Assembly (NCBI GenBank): GCA_964016885.1
Contig: OZ024745.1
Coordinates: 31,062,001-31,126,000 of the forward strand
Reading direction: 5' to 3'
DNA: 64,000 nt
From: Eledone cirrhosa
Lineage: Eukaryota
Shown in pieces: positions 13,301 to 25,330 of the stretch. The notes below the pieces were generated by a model that was not told the origin of the DNA, searched no databases, and saw only the letters and a list, made by a program, of their open reading frames with translations. Numbering within the stretch: the stretch's first letter is position 1; the number at the start of each line of letters is the position of its first letter. A program made the translations under genes and the position numbers.

Positions 13301-16300
13301 GTTCCAATAAACAAGAATGTATCTTTAAAAACATTTGAAAAATTGAGCAAGTATAAGGACCTGGAGATAGAAATTGGAAAAATGTGGAAGTTGAGAACTA
13401 AAACAATACCAGTGGTTGTGGGTGCTCTAGGAATGATACCTAAGGGTCTAATGATTACTTATCCCAAATCCCAGGAAACCCGCGTATAGAAGAAATTCAA
13501 AAGATAGTACTAATGGAAACTGCCCATATACTAAGGAAGATTCTGTCAATATAAGTACATCACAAGATGCATGTGTGTGTATGTATGTTCTTTCTTGAAT
13601 ATGGTGGACCTTGTTGTCTCTTGAGGTCACTGGTTGTGACTTGGTGATAACTCGTATGAACATAAAGCAAGATAAATGCAACTATAATAATAATAATGAT
13701 AATGGTTTTTTATTGGCCACAAGGGCTAACATGGGCGCATGATGCTGAACGACTGCGACAGGTGACCATTCACTCTCACAATCGAGCATATGTCGCTGTG
13801 CATCGCAGTGATCCAGCCTTTAACAACGGGCCCAAAACCGGCCGCCTCAAGGACCACAGCCAGGTACCAATGGTCAACCCTATAAAAATCCTTTAGATTG
13901 ATCCAAGTTGATCAGGGCCCCACCCGTGCCAGGTTCCTTAACCACCCTCTCTATGATGTATCGCATGAGATGGAGATTGTCGTGGATGGATCTGTCCGGA
14001 ATGGCGCATGTCTGCGCCTCTCTCACCAGATCACCAATGGCAAGTGCCAATCTCTTTACTATATCTTGGCCAAAATCTTAAACTCTGCATTTAGCAGAGT
14101 TATGGGCCTGAAGTTGTCTATAACGTCACCTTGTTCGGGTCTTTTCTCAGCAGCGCCACCGCTCCCCAGCTCACAAAACTGGGAATGCTCCCATTCTGCT
14201 GCCAGTTGCAGTAGACATCTGCCAAGAGGTCGCCGAAAAAGTCTGGCATATACACATAAAGCTCGTTGGGCAGACCATCCAAACCTGGCGATTTACCCCT
14301 CGTGCAGTCAGACATCGCTTCCCGTATTTCACTTGCTGTTATCAGCCTTTCGCAGCACTGCGCTGCGGTCGTCGAGAGCCGTGGCAGTCCGTTGAGGTAT
14401 GCACCGAAGTCCACACTCCGATCCGGCCCGCCGCCACTCCCGAACAATTGAGTAAAGTGCTGTTGAAAAGCCGCACACATCTGGTTGGGTTCGAGCAACA
14501 TGCGCCCGTTTTGATCAGGCAAAGACCGAATTGTGGACTTGTTGCCACATCACGCCTCCACCACCCAGGCCCATTGAACGGCTTTCGTCCCCTCGTGTCT
14601 TAGAGCACACGCTCTAACTCTGATAACGCAGCCTTCATGCTTTGTGTTGAAGAATTGGTTGAGTGCCAATCTTGCCACAAGCATGTCGGTTGCGATGCCT
14701 GTCCTAAATGCGTCTTCTAGCTTTCTAACTAACTCTCCCTCTACTCTATTTTCCTCTATCACTATTCCTTTCCTAAACCTTAACAATTCTACTCTAATAG
14801 CCCTTTTCAGGGTAAACCACTTCCTGTTGTTGACGATAGCACCCGTCAATGCACGCTTAACTAATTCGTTAATCCGGTCTCTGTAAGCTTTGCGCGCCAG
14901 GGCCGACGCGTTCAGCTTCCAGTAACCGGGCCCTTGCCTATGGAGTCTATCTAAGTCAACTTCACAGATCACAAATTTGTGGTCCGTGTAGTCGACTACT
15001 TTAAATTGGGGACAACCTACACTAGCCTTATCTGTTTCCCTACAGAATACCCTATCTAAATACGATCTGGATGACCCGATGCGGTTTGCCCATGTCCACA
15101 TTAGCACAGTCGGATAATCCAGTCTATACATGTCAGACAGTTCAAAATGTCTGAGCAGGTTGTTGAGGCTTTTACACTCTCCTTCCCTGTCTACTAGCCT
15201 CACATAATTCCAGCGTGCATCCAAGATACCATTCCAGTAGCCCACTAATACTAAAAGCAGGACGTTCCAAGAAAGGTCTCTAGACATCTGGAGAAATCCG
15301 GCCGTCTTGCCTCTGTCCTGCTACTAGCCTGAAAGCATTGCCTTCACTGCCGGTCACGTCAGCACCACCGACTTACCTTCCGGATCCAGGAAGATGGCCC
15401 ATATGGCGAGATCCAAGGCTCTCCGAAAAAGCACAGCAACTCCTCCTCCCGATCCTGGACGGCTGGGAGATGCGTATACATCGTAGCCACCAAAGATCGG
15501 TGCGAAGGAGATTCTGGTCTCGCTGATGGCCACCACATCTATGTTTAGTGACCTGAGGTTGTTAAACAGGTGACTCTGCTTCCAAGATGACCCCAGGTCA
15601 CGTACATTTGTACTGCCTATTCTAAGTACGGCCATGTTGGATGAGGAATGGGGTAAGTGAGAAAGGATCACTTACCTTGATCGTGTGGGGAAGGGACAGT
15701 AGAACCGTCCCTTCGGCTGGTCATGGGTGTCTCCAAGACGATATCTTTATAGATTCTCTTGGAGGGTGACTTCATGAAATCCCCAACTGAGTTGGGGAAT
15801 TTTTGTTTTAATTGTTTGTAGTCTTCGAGTTCAATTTCTACAATGTTAATGTTTTTTGGTAATGTTCTTGGTGTTGGTGTGGTGTGGTATTTTACGTCTG
15901 AAATATCGGTGTTCCATGAGTCCTTGGTGTGCAATGTTTATGGCTGTGAACTTTTTGGGGGGAGGAGTAGTTTTGTTGCTGTTTTCTTGTTGTTTCTGTT
16001 GGGTGTGTGCTTTATTGTCTTTGCGATGTTGGTGATTTTGGTGATGCCGGTGGTGGTGTGGTTGGTGTTGGTGGTGATGCTTATGGTGGTGATGGTGATG
16101 GTGGTGGTGTTGCTGCAAGTCTCCTTGCAGTCTTTATCCTTCTTTCTTTGCCTTTGCTTTTGGAGGGAGGAGCTGTGGTGTTTATGCGGGGGGGGGGGGG
16201 GTTGACAACCGTTTTCCACTTCTCAGCCGCCTCATACTCCATGTCCGACTGTGAGAGGTCGGAGAGGGGTATGAGCTCTACCCTCTCATTTGTCTTTGTT

Positions 16301-17826
16301 GTTGTTGTTGTTGTTAGTGGTGGTGGTGGTGGAGCCTGGTCTGCCGTTCTTGGCACAGGTGCAGCTAGTGCAACTGTTTCTGTTGCTGCAGCAGCCATTG
16401 CTGTTTTTGTTGTCCGTGGCTTTGGTGTGGGTGCCACGGACGTTTTCTTCCTACTCTCTGTAGAAGCTCCTGGCTTTTTCACTGACTGCTCTGTTTCTGA
16501 TGGTAGCGGTTCCGGCGTTGGAAGAAGCGGGACCTTCGCCTTTGTTATTTTCTGTGGGCAGAAGGCCTTGAGGTGAGACTTCAATCCACAGCTGAAGCAC
16601 TTTGGGCGCCTTCCTTCAACAGATATAGGAAGTTGGAAGCCATTCCCGAGGTCTATTACATCGTGAATAGCGCTGTTGCAGTCCTGGTCGGTTTGGATGA
16701 GCATCTCCATTCCAATACCCGACCAGTTCTCTCTCCCCAACTTCTGTACCTGCAGAATGGTTGTTCTATCCTTGATGCCCGCAAGAACAGACACGACCAG
16801 CCAAGGCACGGGTATGTATGGTGGGACCTGGGTACCCTGAGCTTTGCAATTTTTTTCCCACAATAAAACGGGACTAACGTTATGTCATCACTCTGTAGGA
16901 TCCTCAGTGGGTGCGATTTTGCTTCCTGGGTGGTAGCAAAAAGGACGTGCACAGTAGCATATTTCTTGCCATGGGTGATGTGGGTTTTCCGTGCCTACAC
17001 AGTTCCCAAGGCCTTCTGGATTTGGGCCTCCGAGGCTTTCTCCACACAACACGATTTTGTGGCAATCGTGTGGTACGACCCTGTGCGTCGCTCTTGTTCC
17101 TCCAGGAAGTCGGTTGGTGGTTTCAAGGACACTGAATATTCAGTTCTGGTTACCATGTGTCTTGCGACCGCCATCTCCTCCTCTGTGACCAGGACTGCTT
17201 CTACGTTGCGAGCCACCTTTGCAAAAGAGGTGGTCTCTTTTTCAGTGGCATTATTGTTGCCGCCGCTACTGCTGCTACTCGTCTTGTTGTTGTAGGTGCT
17301 GTTGTTGTTGCCACTGCTACAAACAGTGTTGTTGGTGTTGCTGCTGCTGCTCCTGCTACCACAGGTGTTATTGTTAATACTGCCGCTGCTGCTGCTACCT
17401 CCTTTGTTGTCAAATGCATCAGTAGCAGCCGCTTCACGACCACCTTGAAGAAGAGAAAGAAATGGCATTCGCCTGACTTTCACTATGTGACGATGAAGAA
17501 GACGAAAAGGAAAGCGAGACTCCACGCTGACAGCTGGGTGAAAAAGAGAAGGTTGAGAAGGATACCTTGCTGAATGGGTAATTTTTGTGTAGATACATGG
17601 CAGAGAAATAGATTTTTTGAATGATGCCATTTTTCTTTTTTGCAAAGTTCAAATTGGAATTTAGCCCCGAAGGGCTTAATACCAATTAAATTCAACCACT
17701 TCAAAAGAAGCGGAGTGTGTTTAAACACAAAACAATATAATTTTATTACAATAAGTTCGCAATAAAAACTGTTAAAAAATCACAAACTCACGGGAACAAA
17801 ATTTCCTGCGACGTGTATACTTCCAC

Positions 17827-17859
<33 letters not shown>

Positions 17860-19220
17860 TGTTTCTACTTTTGGCACAAGGCATTACTGGTACTTCATTT
17901 TATCGACCCCGTAAGGATGAAAGGCAAAGTTAACCTCGGCGGGATTTGAACTCAGAATGGCAAGGGCCGTAACTCTATGCGTCAAAGCATGGCGTCCGAC
18001 CTTCTACCGATACTGCCAATCCACCAATAATAATGGATTCTGATTTAGGCACAAGGCCAGCAATTTGAAACGAAAGGGAAAGTCGATTAAATTGATCCCA
18101 GTGCATTACTGGTACTTTATTTTATCAACCTCGATAGGATGAAAGCCTAAGTTGACATCGACGGGATTTGAAATCAGAACATAATAGGTCGTAACTCTAT
18201 GCCACATAGCATGGTGTCTGACGCTCTACCAATACTGCCAATCTACAGTATAAGAATATAAAACACACAGACAGATACATAACCCAAACCTCAAGACTTA
18301 CAAATAAATACAGCATACAACAAATAGTACTACTAGGCACTGCACACATATTACAAAGTGTACTTTCAATACAATAGAAACAACACCAAAAACAAGACTG
18401 CACATACCCAAGGTGCACAGAACTGTGCTCAGTAATGCAGTGGCGATGCACAATAAAGATAAGACTACTACTAATAATAATATGAGTGTAGCTACCAACT
18501 CAGTTTGAGGGATACTTCAACTTAGAAGTACAAGGAAATTATATAGATAAGCCTATACGTTATGACTTCAATATTTTTTCTATAAAAATAAGAATGATAT
18601 TTCTGTAGAGCAGGATCAAAGTTTTGAAGTACATGTACTCTGAAGAAGGTACTTAATCTTATTTGTTTCACATATCATTTTGGTCATTATAACACACCAC
18701 ACTATTCCATGTACTATACATGCACCTTTGGTGAGTTGTAGTGCACCTGAGCACTGTACACAATAATTTTCGTAATTATTATCTATATATCTAAAACAGA
18801 GAATGTCTGTCTGTCTGTCCGATCACTAAAACTCGAGAACCACCCAACTGATTCTTTTCAAACTTTACACATGTAATACTTATGGTCGTGTGAGTGTTTT
18901 GAGCAAAACAAGTTTCAAATTTTCAATGCCCTACGGACCGCATTAGGCGATTTAGCGATCTCTCTCTATAACTCTTAGTCTTTCTCTTTTTAGATAGATA
19001 CGTAAATATAACGTTGCGCCCTTATAATATCTGTCTGTATGTCTGGCTGTCTGCATTACGACATTATGTCGCTGTGTGTGAGTGTGTGTGTATATGTATA
19101 TATAGAGTGTAACGTTTTACGAAATATTTACTTCTGCGTTCACAGATTGATTTTTTTTAGTTTCAGAAGATCCCGTTAAGGGTGAAAGGAGCGATTATTT
19201 GCTTAAACTTTAATCTGTTA

Positions 19221-19274
<54 letters not shown>

Positions 19275-22200
19275 TATATTCGTGTACAGATATTTTTGCA
19301 TGCACAATAACAAAATATAAACAAACGTATTTATTTCACACGGCTCGATAAGGATAAATATATATCAAATATATAAGAACCCTAGAGCAAATCCCAAGCA
19401 ACACCAGGCCATTCTGCTAGTTATTATTAAAATTATCATTAAGACATTACCGCTAAATTATAGTGCCAATATTATTGATATTTTTTTAATATTGGGATTA
19501 AAGCACAAATTTTTTAAAAAAAGTAAAGCCGATTAAATGATCTGTAGTACACAGATAGGCGGCACATTAGCAGAATCGTTAGAACATTGGATAGAATGCT
19601 TTGCAGCATTTGTTTTAGCTCTCAGCTCTCTGAATGCAAATCCCACTGAGGTCAACTTTACCTTTCATCCATTTGAGGTTGATAAAAAAATAAAAGTCAA
19701 TTACAGGAGTCGATTGTTCCTCTATATCACTTTCTCATTTTTCCATTCTCTCACTCACAACATAGTGACCTTTCTAAGCATGACAGAGGGTAGAGACCAG
19801 TGGCAACTGGTGGCTATGAAAATATCTAGAGTGACTGGTACCACAACATCCAGTCCGAAACAAATGAGGTCGTGTAGGTGTCACGACAAAAAAACACACA
19901 GTCCACGCTGTAATGTGGCCGTGTAGGTATCACGGTAAAAACCTCCCAGTAAACACTGTAAACGTGGTTGGTGTTGGGAAGGGCACCCAGCCGTAGAAAA
20001 CCCGCCAAACGTGTAGGTGTCACGACAATAAAACACACAGTCCACGCTGTAATGTGGCCGTGTAGGTAACATGGTAAAAACCTCCCAGTCCACACTGTAA
20101 ACGTGGTTGGTGTTAGGAAGGGCATCCAGCCGTAGAAAACCCGCCAGACAGTTCTGAGCAAGACAACCAATCTTGCCTCAAGTGGGACAATTCCCGTCCA
20201 GACCCATGCTAGCGTGGAAAATGGACGTTAAACGATGATGATGATGATGATGATGACACCCCAACAAGAAGCTGCACTATTTGTGAGATCTTAATGCTGA
20301 AACTTAATGCACAAAAGTCTTGATTCCCAATTGAAATTAATCCAATTTACATAAACTGATAATGGTCATATCAAAGTCATGAATAGTAAAGCTTTCTAAT
20401 TTTTCTTCGTTTAAAAATCTCACACTTCTGATTATGTAAAAATATAAAAACTACTTGCAAAAGAAAAATGAAAATGAGAAGAGATATTGGTGACTTACCT
20501 CCCTTAGGTGAATCACATTTGCTTTTCATTAAAGTAACTTGAATTTTTTTTTCTTTCAGTTTTGATCTCCAGACCTCTAAAATGTCAAATGAATTATCCT
20601 AAAATATGAAACAAATGTCATCAGAAATTATGGTCTTTTGTAGAGAATTTGAAAGTGTTGTCAGAGTGCTGTAGAGAGAGTATACTTGGTCAAATAGATA
20701 TTTCATTCTTTTCTTTATTTGAATTTCAAACATTCTTAAAACACGAATTAAATTTAATTACAATTTAAAACTAACTGATGAAATTTTTCTTTCGTTCATT
20801 TTATTCATTGGTATACTTGGTATATACTATTGTATTTTCTTCATATTCTGTGACTGTGTCTTAGTGCTGTTAAATAAGATTAGATTTTCACCCCAGTCAC
20901 GATGCAGGTCTGGTACTAGGTGTCTAAGTTACACATGAACACCTGACAACTTTATACGTCTGTAGTGTGTACTAACTTCAAGATGTGTGATATGTGAACA
21001 TTTTGTCTGCAGGGCACAGCTGAAACACTGCTCTGGCCTATGTGTTGAGTCTGTCACCCTCTCCCCTTCCCCCTTCTATTGCCTAATAGTCCTTGCTCTT
21101 TCCTTCCTTTTCCTCACATTTATGTCATTTATAGTTGTTTCAAATGCTGCTTTCTCTTTTTGTATGTTTGATTAAATATAAATTATTTATTATTTTTATG
21201 TAATTTTATCCTAGGAATATATTTGAGTATTTTAAAATATATTCCATGAAATGAAAAAAAAATTCCAGTGTACGAAAATTTACCACAGAACATCCAGCCC
21301 ACATTAAAGTGGTTGAGTAAGTGTCACGACAAAAATCACCCAGCACACACTGTAAATGTGGTTGGTACTAGGAAGGGGATCCAACTGTAGAAAACCAGCC
21401 AGAAACAGTTGTATACGAGCGAGACACAGTCACCCAAACCAACTTGCCTCAAGTGGGACAAACCTGTCTAACCCATGCTAGCGTGGAAGATGGGCGTTAA
21501 ACGATGATGATGATGATCTTTCAAGCTAAAACACTTACCGTACTGGCATCATCGTAGGCTGATAATTCCAAAGAACCTATAAACGTTTGATCACATACTG
21601 ACTTCAGGCATTCATCCAACCACTCGGAAGCATTGTGTACAGGTAAAATGATGCTCTGTCAAAAATAAACAAAATATATTAGCAATGGATAGTACTGTTT
21701 GATTCAATATAAGTGTAAGTCCACTGAATTGTTCTTGTATATGCAACAAAATAAAAAATATGTTCAACCCTTTAGCATTTAAACTGGCCAGAATTCTCTC
21801 ACCTTTTTATGTTCAACAGGCTGTAACTGGCCACTCATGCTGATGTTAAGGTATTGTTCTCAAAATAAATAACATGAAAATCTCAGATTTGATGTTACGT
21901 GAGATAATTATGTGAGGCAAAACTTTCACCACGCAAATACAATAGTAATATAGAGTAATATAAATGCTAAAAGGTTACTCTCAAAACGAATCTGGTTGAA
22001 TCACAATTATATTGGATCAAGCAATACTACTCTAGTTAAATATATATATATTATATGGTTACATATTTTGGATGACTCAGTTAATCTTATTTTTTTTTTT
22101 TTTTTTGCTCTTGTATCTGTAGCCAAACGGATTAAAATTCTAAAATACCATGAATTATTGGCAAACTATTTTTTTCTTCAGTTTTGTTATCATTTGGGCA

Positions 22201-23240
22201 CTGTGTTTTTCTTTTTAATGTACGTGATCAAAAAGTGAGTGTCTATAATATTGTATTTAAAGAACATTAAATATACACATTTGAACCATCAACATTTGTT
22301 TGCTTGTTTAATGGTAGATTTATAGAAAGTCACCCCGACCAATTTCAATGGGAAATCATTTTTTTTTTTTTCGATTATTATTTATTTTTTTTGCGTGAGC
22401 TATCAATTAAACTTACCTCCTAATATAGTCCTAAGGACCTACCCCACCGAGTTTTCGTTACCATTTCATTTTCCCTGAACATGCAGCAAAAGACTTTTTC
22501 CCCCGGAAAACGAGGGGGTGGGGGGCTCAGATCTTCCTCACTCAGAAAAATCCTAGGTCCCCTCTCTTTCTCCAGTTTTCCAAGGAAAAAGTTCTTTGCA
22601 ACATGTTCGAGGGTAAGATTAGTTAGTAACACACGAAAAAAAAAAAACAGAAAAAGAAGTAGCAAAGAAAACTGGGGGAAGGGGGGTTGGATGTAACTCT
22701 ATGCCACAAAGCATGTTCGACACTCGACGGATACTGCCAATCTACCGTGTCTGTCTATAATAATACCAATTTAATGACATTTGTGTATTGTCGTTTCTGT
22801 TCTGAATTTTCTTTTGAGTTTATGGCCATAATATGAAAGGTCGCTTATTAGTTTGTGCATATATAGATTTTTTCTTTTTAAAGAATCGCACGTGTGCACA
22901 CATAAAGTGTTTATATCTGTAAGAGTATATATAAAGGCAAGACAATCCGACAGACAGATAGATGTACATATACACAATACATGTGTAAATATTTTTGTTG
23001 ATTCCCGTGTCAACTAAACCTGAAAACCCAGAACAATTACTAACTACATATTCAATGAATAAAAGAGATTGATATTTCTGTACAGACATTAATGTTTGTT
23101 TATATAAAATGAAGGGTTTCTTCTGTTGGTTTTAAAACGTAATTAAATTTAATTCATCCTTTAAGAATGTCTGAAATTCAATGAAATAAAGAAATATTTT
23201 ATTATAAACAACAAAAAACAAAACTTACTACATTTGTCAT
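462..23240 (-). CDS. B3GNTL1: B3GNTL1/QTGAL (queuosine-tRNA galactosyltransferase, GT2 family); 8 coding exons, 3' part beyond the window start
   Basis: Hand-spliced GT-AG exons with consistent phases: 23229-23240 (MTNV), 21539-21655 ([39 protein letters not shown]), 20499-20598, 10231-10295 ([21 protein letters not shown]), 8209-8274 ([13 protein letters not shown]), 6763-6858, 1735-1830 ([18 protein letters not shown]), 462-586 ([13 protein letters not shown]...YRYHP). Collinear with human B3GNTL1 motifs as recalled ([46 protein letters not shown]). The 12-bp first exon is the least certain. Confidence 0.93.
653..843. mobile_element. Mariner-type MITE
   Basis: ~29-bp TIRs (CAAGAGTAGGCTGAAAAGTTCATAGACTG / CAGCCTATGAACTTTTCAGCCAACCCTCG) flanked by TA at both ends; a second, inverted copy lies at 52984-53163. 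Confidence 0.8.
985..1480 (-). mobile_element. RTE-clade LINE 3' fragment
   Basis: Minus [30 protein letters not shown] matches the RTE C-terminal copy at 9652; (ATC)n tail at ~985-1001. Confidence 0.7.
5197..5306. repeat. 34-bp minisatellite, ~3 copies, inside the hAT 3' region
   Basis: Unit CTATGACTAGTCTGTGTCTACGGTTGTATGCCGT repeated in tandem. Confidence 0.85.
5335..5610 (-). mobile_element. SINE with RTE-like 3' tail, nested in the hAT
   Basis: Reverse complement of the 19835-20255 and 21290-21517 copies; ends GCATGGAAGATGGACGTTAAACGATGAT on the minus strand. Confidence 0.75.
6915..7925 (+). mobile_element. Degenerate RTE LINE reverse transcriptase fragment
   Basis: Stop-riddled RT motifs: [45 protein letters not shown]. 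Confidence 0.7.
8585..8773 (-). mobile_element. tRNA-derived SINE family A (ATT tail)
   Basis: Head GGATTGGCAGTATCGGTAGAG (A-box-like), GAGTTCAAATTCC (B box), body GCCTTTCATCCTTACGGGGTCGATAAAA, tail GTAGAAACAATTATT. Near-identical copies at ~17856-18027(-), 18040-18245(-), 23545-23725(+), 24365-24540(+), 35788-35972(+), 60723-60945(+). Confidence 0.8.
9050..9400 (-). mobile_element. SINE family A variant with a longer 3' body
   Basis: Shares the B box and CTTTCATC...AAAA..GTACCAGT core, followed by a CT-rich body. Related copies at ~19556-19760(+), 41670-41960(-), 56480-56745(+), 62940-63195(-). Confidence 0.65.
9650..10162 (+). mobile_element. RTE-clade LINE, 5'-truncated, with (GAT)n tail
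   Basis: [16 protein letters not shown]...[11 protein letters not shown]...[10 protein letters not shown]...WR is a typical RTE ORF C-terminus; ends GGAAAAGCGGACGTAAAAT(GAT)n. Confidence 0.85.
10431..13697 (+). mobile_element. R4/Dong-like non-LTR retrotransposon (RT plus restriction-like endonuclease), 5'-truncated, frameshifted
   Basis: [46 protein letters not shown], then RHD...RPDI...IDMSVP...EKLSKY (REL endonuclease). Bounded by (TAA)n at 10301-10350 and 13684-13697. Confidence 0.88.
13700..17826 (-). mobile_element. Tx1/L1-like LINE with ORF1 (CCHC knuckle) and ORF2 (APE plus partial RT), internally deleted
   Basis: ORF1 fragments include [17 protein letters not shown] motifs STNVRDL, ISET, SYLDRVF, TDHK, GYWKLN. 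RT start [27 protein letters not shown]. 3' end GCCCTTGTGGCCAATAAA; both ends abut (TAA)n. Confidence 0.85.
18782..19420 (+). mobile_element. Non-autonomous Helitron
   Basis: 5' TCTATATATCTAAAA...(GTCT)n; 3' degenerate hairpin CCCAAGCAACACCAGG followed by CTAG; inserted between A and T with no TSD. Confidence 0.75.
19835..20255 (+). mobile_element. SINE with RTE-like tail and an internal ~139-bp tandem duplication
   Basis: Segment 19871-20009 is repeated at 20010-20148; tail GGAAAATGGACGTTAAAC(GAT)n. Another copy at 21290-21517. Confidence 0.78.
21766..21976. mobile_element. Possible short MITE
   Basis: Terminal inverted match AACCCTTTAGCATTT / AAATGCTAAAAGGTT; TSD unclear. Confidence 0.4.
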
Positions 23241-25271
23241 ATTATTTGATGTTATCTCGCAGAGTTTCTACTATATTGTTTCGTGTTAATTCTAAACATA
23301 TGTCCCTAAATTTGTAAATGGTGATGAAGAATATATTTGTTTAATAAGGTTATTAGCAGCATAATTAAATCGAAATGATTTCAAGGGGAATAGAAAGTAT
23401 GTTGTATAAATAAAGTTGCTTGAAACGGATCACTGTATATCTTAAATTTGTTGATATTAATTAAAATTACCGGATTTCTCAATCAGTGAAGGGAAATAAC
23501 TGTAAATATGACAAACGCCGACCGGTGTGTTTATCAACGACATTGCGGTGGACTGGCAGTATCGGTAGAGGGTCGGACGCCATGCTTTGACGCATAGAGT
23601 TACGGCCCTTGCCATCTGAGTTCAAATTCCGCTGAGGTTAACCTTGCCTTTCATCCTTACAGGGTCGATAAAATGAAGTACCAGTCGGTAATTGATGGCC
23701 TTGTGCCAAAAGTAGAAACAATTATAGTTGTAATGTTCTTCTGAACGAATTGGGTAATTTATAATGTTATTTACACATTTGTAATGTTAAAAATTTTAAG
23801 TCAAGGCTGGAGAAGGAGTGGACCAGCCACGCGCTCAAGTTTAACAATTGCTTCTTGTGTTGATGCCCATCTGGGAGTCATCGATACTCAGAAGAGGATC
23901 ATCTCTACCTTGGTATGAGTCTAATTACCCTTACCGGCTACCAAATGACCATACTTAAGGTATTTACTTAAGATATATAATCTTGGAAATTCCTCTCACA
24001 TTCAGGATATCTCTTCATAGATTATATTGAGGTTAAGTTGAGTCTTTTGAAAATCTTATCATTGTTTCCAAAACAGAAACCAAGTCATATAGATCTTTGA
24101 TGTGGGGATATAATGCAATCTAAAATTTAAAAAAAAAAAAAAAAAATGATTTTACGAAAGTAAACTACTGCTATATTAGTTAGGTATATTTCATTTTGTT
24201 GTTACATTCTGATGTTTTATATTAAATAACGTTACAAACGGGAATGAAAATATAAACACATGATATATACAATCATATAAATAAATTTACAATTGAATAA
24301 CATAACAAATATGTTTTAAATATATACATAAATAACATTACAAATGCTTAAATAACATTATTAATTCGGTAGAGGGTTGGACGCCATGCTTTCTAGCATA
24401 GTTACGTCCCTTTACGGTTTGAGTTCAAATCCCGCCGAGGTTAACTTTGCCTTTCATCCTTACGGGGTCGATAAAATAAAGTACCAGTAATGTACTGGAT
24501 AATTGCTGGCCTTGTGCCTAAAGTAGAAACAATTATTAATTGCACGCTATTCTTTCAGAAGGATATATTCCTTTAATGTTGCAATATGAAAGAAAATATA
24601 AAGGAAGGGGTGGACAACCGAGCCACCACCAGAGCAAAAGACAGCAGCGAGGAGTACTGGGCAACCTCTCTAATGAATTTTGAGGCAAGCCAGCTCACTT
24701 GCAACGTTGCCTCGGGTGATGGCCAGGCTGATGCGCTGATTCTTATATTTGAGAATGAAAGCGAGTGAGTTATGTAGTTGAATATACAGAGGGATAGAGA
24801 GTTTGTTGTTTTAGTGAGAGAGGGGAATTGCTAGAGAGAGTGCGGTAAGTAGTGAGATATAGAGAGCGGGAGAAAATTTGTTGGTTTTGTGTGAGAGAAA
24901 GTATTGTGGGAGTGGGCGAGAATGTGTGTACCTGTATATGTGTGTGCTTGTATACAGTAGTGGACTGGCTAGGTTGCCAAATGGCAAGAGGGCCCACGGT
25001 AGCATTGCAAGGCCTACAGTATCATTGCAAGGCCTACAGTATCATTGCAGGGCCCACTCTAGTATTTTAGGGGCCAATGCTTTGCTTTAAAAAAATACCT
25101 GAAGTCTAAGAGAAAGATTAAATTAAAAATAAATAAAACAATTAAGCAAGCATTTGGTCAACCAATTCCCCGGTGAATTAATAGAAACAAAAATATGATA
25201 GTGCAAATAGCTGGAATCAGTGGTTGTATATTCTATTAAAGCTAAAGCTTAGTGTATTCATATGCATGCAA

Positions 25272-25302
<31 letters not shown>

Positions 25303-25330
25303 AGCAAATATATATATATATATATATATA

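Noticed and set aside
15843-17573. His-, Val-, Ala- and Gly-rich ORFs on several frames
   Set aside because: Alternative frames of low-complexity trinucleotide tracts in the Tx1-like ORF1.
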